64,000 bases of DNA. Origin: Azolla caroliniana (taxonomy: Eukaryota > Plantae > Polypodiophyta). The position numbers and the translations under genes are program-made. Below are positions 37,121 through 48,339 of the stretch, in pieces. The stretch covers positions 5,642,001 to 5,706,000 of the forward strand of contig JBHGNT010000015.1 in NCBI GenBank assembly GCA_043228905.1. The letters run 5' to 3'. The notes below the pieces were generated by a model that ran no database searches, had not been told where the DNA came from, and saw only the letters and a list, made by a program, of their open reading frames with translations. Within the stretch, counting starts at the first letter, position 1. Every line of letters starts with the position of its first letter.

Positions 37121-39919
37121 AATTTCAGTCTTCTGCTTCTCCTCTCCTTTCCTCCCAATCACTGTCCTCTCACCTCTTCTTGTGACTCCATTATATATCT
37201 ATCTATCTATCTATATATGTATGTATGTACATATATGTATTTATTGGGAGATAGTAAGCCATTGACTTGTGGATCCTTCATCAATTAGAAGAGGGACCAT
37301 AGCCCCAACCCCACCCACTTGAAGAAGTTATTGGGCTATTTATTCCTTTGACAATGAGAGCTTCTAACCCCCCCCACCCCCCCAAGTTGTCAAATTGTAG
37401 CATTGGTTGTTTAAGAGAGAAAAATCTATTGGAATTCATGAATAAGAAAGAGTTTGACTCAATCCAAAGGAAGCCCCCCCCCCCCCCCCCCCAACTCATT
37501 CAAGGACCTCTTCAACCAATGATTCATTCACAAATCACCTCCATGGACTATGTCCTCTTCAAGAGGACGGAGGCCGGTATTGTGGATGGATGTATTATAT
37601 TGTATGTAACTTGAATAAGAATTGTCTAAACCCACACTATTGTGCAAACTATTCATGAGTACCACAATGTGTCTACCTTTATATGAAGAGTCAATGCAAA
37701 GAATGATGTTATGTTGTCGATGTTTGCTTTCTCTTTTGTTAGGCCGAGTCTCCAAGTTTCGTAAATTAGGGTCGCTTTCATATGTTCAAAAGTTCTTGTT
37801 CTATTTGAAGGATATTGGTTAATGAAGGTTAAATTAAAAAAAGTTCTTGTTCTATCTGAAGGATATTGGTTAATGAAGGTTAAAACAAGAGGTAAGTTAC
37901 ACTCAAATATAAGAGAGAATGACTCTTCAAGTACGTTAAATTAAAAATGTTACCTATCTATAACACAATGATTTTTCTCATCTTTGCTATGTCATCTGTT
38001 TAGAGTTCCTCTCTCTTTGCTCTATTTAAATAACCATGTATTCTGGGGAGGGAAAGGCAACACTTCAAGATAAAAGTCTTTGAAGGAAATACCAGTTTAC
38101 TAACCATAACCCATTTGAGCACAAAATGGTTGGAACTACTACTTACGCTATACATGCATTTTGCTTATGTGCATGTGTTAACTAACCATAACCCATTTGA
38201 GCACAAAATGGTCGGAACTACAACTTACTCTATACATGCATTTTGTTGATGTGCATGTGTCATGTGTAGCACATAGTGAGTTGTTGCTTATTTCCTTTAT
38301 ATTGGTAAGAGAAGAAAATGGTAGCTGCTTTATCTAACCAATACACCAATAAATCTTAGACAATATCTCCAACATCAACTTGCTTTTCATATGTGAAAGT
38401 ACTTCAAGTAATATTTCACAATAACTCTAAGACCATATAAGTCCATGTGTAGAAAACAATGATTTTGATGCAAAAATGGCTCTCATAAATTAAAAGTGCA
38501 TGCACAAATTAAAAGTGTTGTCTGCTTCATGTTGACTCTATAATTTCTTCCTTATTTATTTGCATTGAAATGAATATATATAGCTGTAAATGTTAAAGGT
38601 CAATGTCAACTACGTCAATCCAATATACGTGAAGTCTAATAATAACGATAATATTATTATTATTATGTCACTAAACAACATAATATTCTCGTCTCCAAGC
38701 CGAATCTATTGGAAATGTATTATAATTTTGAACACCTTTATAAATGTCCAAGTAACTATGCAATCAATTATTATGCAACAATGAGGTTTTAAACATTTTA
38801 TATGGGGAACTATGCTAAAACATATCGTTAGGATTACTCTAGAAGAGTAGATGCCTCACAAATGATTACAAGCCTCATTATATTATTATCTGCATCAATA
38901 TATTAGTCAAGCTTCAAAGATATTATTTCTTGTGTGAGAGAAGAAGTTTATATACTTCTTATTTTTAGGCTCCATATAGTACACCAAAACAATATACCGT
39001 GGAGTCGACGAGGTACTTAAATAGAGTATGGATTTAATTTGGTGCGTCGTTGTACCAATGTCCTAAATTTCTGGCTTGACCATTATACAATGCCAAGAAG
39101 CATGTGTACAAAAGACTATTAAGCTTTTGACTTTAGATTATTATTATAATTATTGAATGGTCTTGCGCTAAAATCCAAAGAATATGCTTTGCGATCATTG
39201 ATGATATGAAGTGATAAGGTCTAGATTTGATCCTAGCTACTACTAGGTAGGTGCTAATTTCAAGCATCAAATATGTCCACAGAAAATAAATTTAATATTT
39301 TCCATGGGTTTGCAAATTGATAGGATATGTCTCTTTCCTGAAATTTTATCACAAATGAATGGAACCAAGACTTTTTCAAAGGCTTGTTAGTTTATTGAAG
39401 ATGAAGTTGATGAGCCCAACAAATACAACAATGGGCAATTATTAGTTGAAGACTCAAAGATAAGATTTCTTGTGTGGAATAAGAAGACTCAAAGATAATA
39501 ACTACGATAATGGGCCCAATGAATATGACAATGGACATCAATTATAAGTCATTGTAGGTATTCTAAGTAGGCATGCTATAATTGCGATGCACCTTTTCAA
39601 TTTTCAATGACTTCTTTTTCTTTTTATATGTTTATATATATCCAATTAGTTTGTTAGTCTTTGTAAACCTAACTTTTCAAACCAAGCTTCCAAGATCTTC
39701 AATTGCATTGTTTTTTATGTTTGAAGCTCCTTAAATACTGTCTGTAACCATAGTTCTTCTTTAATGAACAATGCAGTTGCTACAAATTTTGCTTCTACAA
39801 ATGAGAGTGTCACAATTTTTTATTTTCTTGATTACTATGTTCTCGTGAAATTAACGTGAATGCTTCTTAAAGCTAAGCAGGACCAAGGGGATTTGAACCA
39901 GAGGAGATGGTGTTCCTAA

Positions 39920-42900
39920 TGTAGAGTACTGACTCAGGGAATATGTTATGAAAAGATGTCCCTCCTTATGGGAGAAGAGTTGACTTGGCTAAGGACCGGC
40001 TATGTGTTGGCCAAGTACAAAGGGCCGGCTAGGAATGATGGTAGCCAGTTATGGCTAAGGGCCGAATCTCGGTTGGAAGCCGGACAGGGACAAATATGTA
40101 AATACATACATACATATATGTATGTTAGGTGTATGTTTAGTGAGTGTGATGATTAGACTATAGAAGAGAGAGAAAACAATACAGAATTGAGTAGAAGTGT
40201 TATAAACAAAGAAGTGAACTGTGTGTTGTGTAGGTCGAGCTTGCATAGCAACCAACCCTTGAATCCAACCTGACAAGTCGATGACTCTGCACAGATCAAG
40301 TGTTGTCGTTTCTCTGTTTCCCTTGTTTTCTGTGTATGTCCGTCTATTGAGACGAAGATCTTACCAAGGTTGTGGTCTTGAGTTCTTCGATAGACTCTCA
40401 TATAGTGAATCTGTTTGGAGTCTCTGGGCTCCTACGGTTTTTCCCATTTAGGGTTTCCACATAAAACTTCTGTGTCGGCTCATTTTCTGTTTTACTTGTT
40501 GTTATACTTATTTGTTGGTTGGAGTAGTTAGTAAAGACCTGACAATCGGTTGTGTCTTTAGGAAGATAGTGAGGCTTTCAAATTGGTATCAGAGCTAGGT
40601 TGAATATAGAAGAATCCTTTGGTGGGATGTTCAAGCTGACCAACCCAAACTATTCAGTTTGGAAGTCCAAGATGAGAGATATGTTGGTTTGGAAGAATCT
40701 GTGGTTGCCGGTACAATATGGCAAGGACAAACCTGACAAGATAGATGCATTTTCTTGGGAGGTTATGCATCTAAAGGCAGCCACATACATACAATGGTTA
40801 ATAGACATGGGTCTATATAACAATTTCAATAATGAGACACAAGCTGCACAATTGTCTCGTGAAAGAAGATAGGGAGAATGTTTGAGACAAAGAATGCTTT
40901 AAATAGAGTCTCCGTCTTTAGGAAGATAGTGAGGCTGAGATATCAGGATGGCTCAAGCATGGGTGAGCACCTGAATACCTTCCAATGTCTAATACATCAA
41001 ACGATCTCTCTAGAAATACCTCTAGGTGATGAGGTATTAGCCTTGTTGTTGTTAGGCTCTCTTCCTAACAACCGGGAGACACTTATGGTGATTTTGGGTA
41101 ACTCAACACCACAAGGGAAACAATTGACCCAAGACAACCACAAAGGAACCTCAATGAAAGGACAAAGAGTCGAACTCTGACCATAAGGCTGACCATAAGG
41201 CCCTTGTCACAAAAAGTGACTCTAGTAAAGCAAGTGGCAGGCAAAGAGATCCTTAAAATAGGGATAAGTCCAAATCAAAGTCGAAGTCTAGAAGAAGGCT
41301 CACGTGCTTCTATTGTGGTATGCTAGGGCATTTCCAAAAGTACTGTCAACAATATTAAAAGGAGAAAGGGAGTGCTAATGGTTTTGAGCTGAAAAAGATT
41401 TCAGACAGCAAGAACACCTTACCCTTCATTATGAGTGAAGAGGAGTTGTTGTTCATCAGTACAAAGGGCAAAGTAAACCTCGCAAGCTATGAATTCACTT
41501 TGGTAGTCGATTTAGGTACTTTGTTCCACCTAACACTTAAGAGAGAATGCTTCTCATCTTACACAACTAGAGATTATGGCTATGTAAAAATGGGGAATGA
41601 CGGTGCATGCAAAATCGTTGGAACTGGTAACGTGTGTTTGCTGACATCTACGAGCTATAGAATGATGCTAAGGGATGTATGCCATGTTCCAGGATGTACG
41701 TCATGTTCCGGATATCAGACTGAATTTGATATCTGATGGACGACTAGATGGGCTTTCGTGCTAAAGACAAAGTACCAAGTGTTGTATGTCTTCAATGAAT
41801 CCTAGAAAGAGCAGAAAGGGAGTCTGGACAAAAGTTGAAGGTTGTTCGGAAAGAAAACGGGGGTGAGTATAGAGGGGAGTTTTAGGAGTACTACCAATGC
41901 CAAGGGATTAAAATTGAGTAGACTACCCAAAACTCTTGAGCTAAATGCTATGGACGAAAGGATGAATTGAACGATCATGGAAAGGGTCAGATGTATGCTA
42001 TTGAAGAGGATACTATCAGCCACAACCGGTTAATACACAAACGTGCGTGGGGCAAAGATCAAAATGAAAGAAAAACATAAGACAAAAACAAAGTACAGAG
42101 ACACAAATATTTTACGTGGAAAAGCCCTGAAGATAAAAACCATGGGAGTCCACAGACTCCGAACTATAGTGTCTGAACTATATCACTATATAAGTATGGT
42201 AATCAATAAGAAACTTCAAGGCAACCACCTTGAGTTCTTCTTTGTCAACTCTCTTAGCTTAAAACTCTATTTTTATTTTTAGTTTTTACTTTCGATGAAT
42301 GGGTAAATATCCCATTTTTTGTTGTAAACCATTTGTCTCATGGGCCAATTTTGGCTGTAGAAGACGTTAATATATCTTTCTTTCTTTCTTTCTTTCTTAC
42401 TTAGACTCTCTTAGTTACTCTCTTTCTCTCTTGTTACAAAGGCAATTATTACACACAATAATAATTTTCCCTAAGTTTATTTATACTCATACACAATGTG
42501 GGCTATTCACAAATATAGCCAGAGTCAGATTCTACCGATTCGGCTATTAGCTGAATTGATTATTATTTCCTTTTTGGCTTCAACCGAGTTGCTATCGACC
42601 AATTCAACTAATTCTTCTCTCCAACTCACGCTCTCCTTCCTATCCGGAGGGACCTGTTACCCAACAACTATCACATGCCCAACTTGGAAAGATCTATTGG
42701 GCTGAGGTGTTGATGATGACTGTTTACATTATAAATAGGTCTCCCTCAATGCCACTTGGCGGTGTGGTCCCCCAGAGGGTGTGGACAAGAAAAAATGTGT
42801 CTTATTGACATTTGAGGGTGTTCGACAGCTTGGCATATGGACATGTAGCAAAGGACCAAAGGTCGAAATTGGACAACAAGTCTCGACCATGTATCTTCTT

Positions 42901-43100
42901 GGGGTATGTTGAAGATGATTTTCGCTATAGACTATGGGACCTGATAGACAAGAAGGTCATTAGGAGCCAAGAAATAGTCTTTATGGAGGATCAGACTATA
43001 GTAGACGAGGAAATTAAGAGAACAGGGTCATCCTCCCAACCGGCTGACACAAGGTAATCGGTTGAAGCAACCAAATCCAAATCGGCAAAAGATGTCAACC
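39920..43100 (+). mobile_element. Highly degenerate, 3'-truncated copia E (same family as copia A)
   Basis: LTR ends about 40580. PBS tggtatcagagc at 40584-40595. Gag IEESFGGMFKL. INT remnants to about 43057. Confidence 0.75.
42002..42666 (-). mobile_element. Solo LTR inserted in the copia E integrase
   Basis: TG..CA. Near-TSD gctat/actat. Removing it restores RCMLSHAQL. Confidence 0.75.
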
Positions 43101-43460
43101 AACCAACCAACCAACCGATAGCTGATAACTGGTTGATGAGTCTTGGGAGCTGGTTGATGTACATATAGAGCCAATGTCATGAAAATCAATCACTATGTAC
43201 GGATCATGAGGCAGAACTGCCAGAGTTATGGACTGGAAGGAATTAGGGCTCACACGCATAACATGAGGAAGGATTACACAAACAAGGCATGAATATTCGA
43301 ACGTGTTTGTGAAAAGGAGAGGTGCATGGGCAAGCCAAAATGTTGACTTGTCACAAGACACATGGACACACAAGCAAGATTTACACTGACATGCAAGACT
43401 AGTAGGTGAAAGAAAGCATTGGTTTTTTGCAAAATAAGAGATTCTTTTATAAGATAATAA

Positions 43461-43960
43461 TCAAGTTACAACTGATTGGATATGAATATGATGGTCCCTC
43501 TTGGAACGGGGAGGAGAGATGTAGGAAAGATGTGAGTGGAGTCTAGAAGTGGGAGATCCTTCGTTGCTTCTTGATGTTGATAATTCCTCTTTTGCTTCCC
43601 AATTCTGTAGAGCTTCCCTTCTCTTTGTCCTCTCCCCCCTCTTCTTAAGGATAAGCTCCTTTTTTATAGGTTTTCTATTCCTTGCTTTTTTAACAAAAAA
43701 AAAGCTTTGTCTATATGAGTCGAGTTTTCTTTTCATCACTATTTCTCTTTTGTAATCTTTCTTTTCAAATGCAAGATGTTTCTGGAAATCTTTGTGTTAG
43801 CTTTCTTATAACTCTTTTCTTTTTGAATTTGGATATTGGATGACGAAGTTATAAGCTTTTTTCTCTACCTAGATCTTCATATCCACGCCTAGCTTTTTTT
43901 TCTCCTACTTTTTTTACTTTTGAAAAACCGCCTCTAACTTGAATTTCATGATGTAACACT
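43461..43960 (-). mobile_element. Possible decayed LINE 3' fragment
   Basis: Weak resemblance to the LINE ORF2 C-terminal region (HEIQVRG-like and FVIQ-like remnants). Heavily degraded. Confidence 0.3.
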
Positions 43961-43995
43961 CTTTGTATGAATGAATAAGCTTAATATATCAAGCT

Positions 43996-44051
43996 TCAAT
44001 TGGTGGTCTACTAGTAGGATACAGACTTGGGTTTGATTCCCAGCCAAAGCA
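43996..44051 (+). pseudogene. tRNA-Gly pseudogene, anticodon arm deleted
   Basis: ttggtggtctactagtag..acagacttgggtttgattcccagccaaagca. Confidence 0.7.
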
Positions 44052-44764
44052 ACGTGTATGAATCCTGAACCATAACCATCAAATGGGTGAATGAATTATT
44101 GAGAGAAGAAATTCTTGTACTTGATATGTCACACACCTTTAGACATGTACCATCACAACATCCTAAACACCATGAAGACTTGATTAAGTACTAGTTCTTG
44201 CTTCATTATTTTTCTCAATGCAAAACAGAACTATGTACGACAAGATTGGAGATGAATAGTCGCAACTATGTTTAATACCATAAAGACTCCATTAATTGGG
44301 TGATTCTATCTTCTTGTTGAAAACTAGTTTCTTTTATCCATCACATTTCTTTAACTTAAAAACAATGTGATCAATTATCATCGAAATTTCTTTACCTTAC
44401 AAATGATATAATCTAGTAAGTTTATTTTGTTACTATATATATAGCTATCGAGATTCCACATCAAACGCAGAATGTCAACCACATGGAGAGTAGGGAGTAG
44501 TTCAATACATGGCTAATGTGAGAATCCAATGTAGAGAATGTCGAGCGCAACGAGGGTACGAATCAGTTTTATGGCGAGCCAATCTAACAATGAACATATG
44601 TGAATTTGTTGATGCGAGAAGAATTTCCTTCATTTCATATGACAGACAACCTTAGACATGTATCGCCACAAGTTGCCAAAAATTCTTAAGACTTAATTAC
44701 GTAAATGGTTATAATCTCATTATTTTTCTTCGAGAAAAAGTAGATATTTTAATATATGATGCTT

Positions 44765-44835
44765 GCATTGGTGGTCTACTAGTAGAATAGTACCCTTCAA
44801 CGATACAGACACGGGTTTGATTCCCGGCCAATGCA
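44765..44835 (+). tRNA. Full-length tRNA-Gly-derived copy with TCA at the anticodon; probably a pseudogene
   Basis: 71 nt. GCATTGG/CCAATGC acceptor stem. Body matches plant tRNA-Gly(GCC). A and B boxes mutated (TTTGA). Confidence 0.7.
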
Positions 44836-45103
44836 ACCCGTAAGAATCCTAAAGCTGAAAGTTATTGTATATAGCATTCAATATTCCACATCTAGCGCAT
44901 AATTTCAAACACATGGAGACTATTGAAGAGTTCAATACATGGTCATTGTTTGAATCTGATGTAGACAATGTCGGCCGCAACGAGGGTACAAAGCAGTTTA
45001 ATATCGAGCCAATCTAACAATGAACATGTGTGACTTTGTTGATGCTAAAATAATTTCCTCATACAAGTATTGCTACAAGTTGCTAAACATCATAAAGACT
45101 TGA

Positions 45104-45169
45104 GGTGGTCTAGTGGTAGAATACAACTCTGCCATGGTACAAACCCGTGTTCGATTGTTGGCCAAAGCA
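45104..45169 (+). pseudogene. 5'-clipped tRNA-Gly(GCC) pseudogene
   Basis: ggtggtctagtggtagaat..ctgccatggtac..gttcgatt. Confidence 0.75.
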
Positions 45170-46068
45170 ACTTGAATGAATCCCAAACCTCAAACCCTAA
45201 TGATGAAATGTGTGAATGCATTCTTGACATATGAATTTCCTCTACTTGATATGTCACACACCTTTAGATATATAACATCACAACTTGCTAAACACCATTA
45301 AGACGTGATCAAGTAACTCGTTCTTGCACCATTGTTTTTCTTAATGCAAATTAGACCTATGTGCGACAAGATTGGACATGAATAGTGGCAACAAAGTTCA
45401 GCATGGTAAGGATCCATTAAGTAACTGGTTCTTTCTTCTTGTTGGAAACTAATTTCTTTTATCATTCACATTTCTCTACTTTAAAAACAATATAATCAAT
45501 CACTATTAAAATTTGTTACCTAACAAATAATATAATCTAAGTTAGTTTCTTCTGTTACTATATAATTTAACTATTCCATTTTTAACTAAATTATTACTAA
45601 CTATTCCAGTTTTAAATAATCAATTTTGTAATTTGGAAAAATTACCATATTGACTACTTCCTTTCATACTTAGTCTGACTTCGAGTCTGATTACTTTGTC
45701 AACCTTTATACTACGGTTAGCCGACCGGCTAACAATTACTATATATAGCAATTGCAATACCACATCTAGTGCAGAATATCAAGCACATGGAGAGTACTGA
45801 AGATTTCAATTCATGGGCACTGTGTGAAACCAATAGAGAGAATGTCAGCCACAACAAGGATACGGGGTAGTTTTATAGTGAGCCAATCCAACAATGAATA
45901 TCTATGAGTTTGTTGATCTGAAAAAATTATCCTTTAGTTGATATGTCAGACAACTTTAGACAAGTATCACCACAAGTTGTTAAACATCATAAAGATTTGA
46001 TTACGTAACTAGTTCTTGTTTCGTTATTTTTCTTATAGAAGATGAAAATATTTCTATATACCATACTT

Positions 46069-46128
46069 GCATTGGTGGTCTAGTGGTAGAATCAAATACA
46101 GAACCGAGTTCGATTACCGGCCAATGCA
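46069..46128 (+). pseudogene. tRNA-Gly pseudogene, anticodon arm deleted, A and B boxes intact
   Basis: gcattggtggtctagtggtagaat..gagttcgattaccggccaatgca. Confidence 0.75.
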
Positions 46129-46476
46129 ACCCGTATGATTCCCAAACCTAAAAGTTACTATATATAGCAATCGAGATTCCACATGTAGCGCAAAATATCA
46201 ACCACATGGAGAGTAGGGAGTAGTTCAATACATGGCCAATGTGAGAATCTAATGTAGAGAATGTCGGCCACAATGAGGGTACGGCACAACTTTATAGCAA
46301 ACCAATCTAACAATGAACATGTGTTAGTTCGTTGATGCGAAAAGAATATCCTTTCGTTGATATGTTAGACAACTTTAGACAGGTATTGCAACAAGTTGCT
46401 AAACATCATAAAGACTTGATTATGTAACTAGTTATTTTTCTTATAGAAGAGGAAAATATTTTTACATATCATACTT

Positions 46477-46547
46477 GCATTTGTGTTGTAGTGGTAGAAT
46501 TGTACCCTACAACGCTATAGACCCGGGTTCAATTCTCGGCAAATGCA
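46477..46547 (+). pseudogene. Full-length tRNA-Gly-derived copy with ACA at the anticodon
   Basis: GCATTTG/CAAATGC acceptor stem. T arm ccgggttcaattctcgg. Confidence 0.7.
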
Positions 46548-46891
46548 ACCCGTATGAATCCTAAACCTAAAAGTTACTATTTATAGCACTCAACATTCCA
46601 CATCTAGTGTAGAATGTCAAGCACATCGACAGTACTAAAGAGTTCAATCCATGAGCATTGTGTCAATCCAATTTAGAGAATGTCAGAGGCAACGAGGATA
46701 TGAAGCAGTTTTGTAGCGAGCCAATCTAACAATGAATATGTGAGATTGTTCATGCGAAAAGAATTTCCTTCGACAACTTTAGACAAGTATCAAAACAAGT
46801 TGCTAAACATCATAAAGACTTGATGACATAACTGGTTTTTTTTTTTTTTTTTTTCTTATACAAGACAAAAATATTTTAACATATCATACTT

Positions 46892-46962
46892 GCATTGGTG
46901 CTCTAGTGGTATAGTAGCACCTTCCCACAATACAGACCCGGATTCCATTGCTGGCCAATGCA
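46892..46962 (+). pseudogene. Full-length tRNA-Gly-derived copy with CCC at the anticodon
   Basis: GCATTGG/CCAATGC stem. Degenerate T loop. Confidence 0.7.
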
Positions 46963-47245
46963 ACCCGTACACAAGCTAAACCTGAAACCCTAATGATGAA
47001 ATGTGTGAATATATTCTTGACATATGAATTTCCTACCACTTGATATGTCACACGCCTCCTTAAGACATATAGCATCACAACTTGATAAACACTATCAAGT
47101 CTTGATCAAGTAATTGGGTCTTGCACCATTGTTTTTTTAAATGCAAATTAGACCTATGTGTGACAAAATTGGACATGAATTTTCGTAACAATGTTTAACA
47201 TGGTAACGACTCCATTTAGTAACTAGTTCTTTCTTCTTCACGCCC

Positions 47246-47302
47246 ATGGGACAATGTTTGACTTTAATCAAGGGATTGTGGGTTCAAGTCCCACCCGGTG
47301 TG
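47246..47302 (+). pseudogene. 3' two-thirds of a tRNA-Arg(TCT)-like gene inside an insertion of about 215 bp
   Basis: gtttgactt-taatcaagggattgtgggttcaagtcccacccggtgtg resembles plant tRNA-Arg(UCU) as recalled. TTTT follows at about 47310. Confidence 0.6.
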
Positions 47303-48339
47303 CTAAAAGTTTTACCGGCCTAGAGAAACTCGGGGCCGGATACTCGTCCTTTGGTATATGACTCAAGGTCTTATCGTCAGGGAAGTGTAGTAGTGTAGGG
47401 GAGACCCAATTGCAATGACCCTCATATGAATCAAAATGAGTGTGATTGTGGAAACTGGAAATTAATTTCTTTTTGTCATTCACATTTCTCTCCTTTAAAA
47501 ACAATATAATCAATCACTATTAAAATGTGTTACCTTACAAATGATATAATCTAGTAAGTTTCTTTTGTTATCATATAATTTAACTATTCCATTTTTAAAT
47601 AATATATTGTGTACTTTGCAAAAATTCCATATTGACTACCATTCACTCTTAGTCTAGCTTAGACTCCAAATACTTTGTCGACCTTTATACTACCGCTAGC
47701 CTGACCGGCTAACAATTACTATACATTGCAATCGAGATTCCACATGTAGCGCAGAATATCAAGCACATGGAGAGTATTGAAGATTTCAATATTTGGGCAT
47801 TGTGTGAATCCGATGTAGAGAATGCCCGCCGCAATGAGGGTACGAAGCAGTTTTATAGCAAGCCAATCTAACAATGAACATATGTGAGTTTGTTGATGTG
47901 AGAAGAATTTCCTTCAGACAAATTTAGACGAGTATCGTCACCAGTTGCTAAACATCATAAACACTTAATTATGCAAAAACTACCATATCGACTACATCCT
48001 TTCACATTTAGTTTGACTTCGACTCCAACTACTTCGGCAACCTTTATCCTATGGCTAGCCGAGCGTCTAACAATTACTATATCTAACAATCGAGATTCCA
48101 CATGCAGAATATCAAGCACATGGAGAGCACTGAAGAGTTCAATACATGGGCATTGTTTGAATCCGATGTAGAGAATGTCGACCGCAAAGAGGGTATGGAG
48201 CAGCTTTTTAGCGAGACAATATAGCAATGAACATGTGTGAGTTTTTTGATGCAAAAAGAATATCCTTCAGTTGATATGTCAGACAACTTTAGACAAGTAT
48301 CGCCACAAGTTGCAAAAAATCATAACGACTTGATTACGT

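Larger units (their letters stand above)
43990..48339 (+). repeat. Higher-order tandem array of tRNA-Gly-containing units; continues at 53648-53730 after the gypsy insertion
   Basis: Modules recur throughout: A (tRNA), B (gagattccacat..gacttgattacgtaac) and C (aatgatgaaatgtgtg..aaaaacaatataatc). Confidence 0.9.

Noticed and set aside
36721-37265. Poly-Thr, poly-Val and poly-Leu ORFs
   Set aside because: They are other frames of the AAC microsatellite. Only the Asn frame links to splice-compatible exons.
37790-38260. Short tandem duplications of about 50 and 80 bp
   Set aside because: Two-copy local duplications in AT-rich intergenic DNA with no further structure.
45198-45270. C/D snoRNA after tRNA-Gly (atgatga C-box-like motif, also near 46992)
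   Set aside because: No clear terminal CUGA box or terminal stem. The motif looks like a variant of aacaatgaacatgtgtg in module B.
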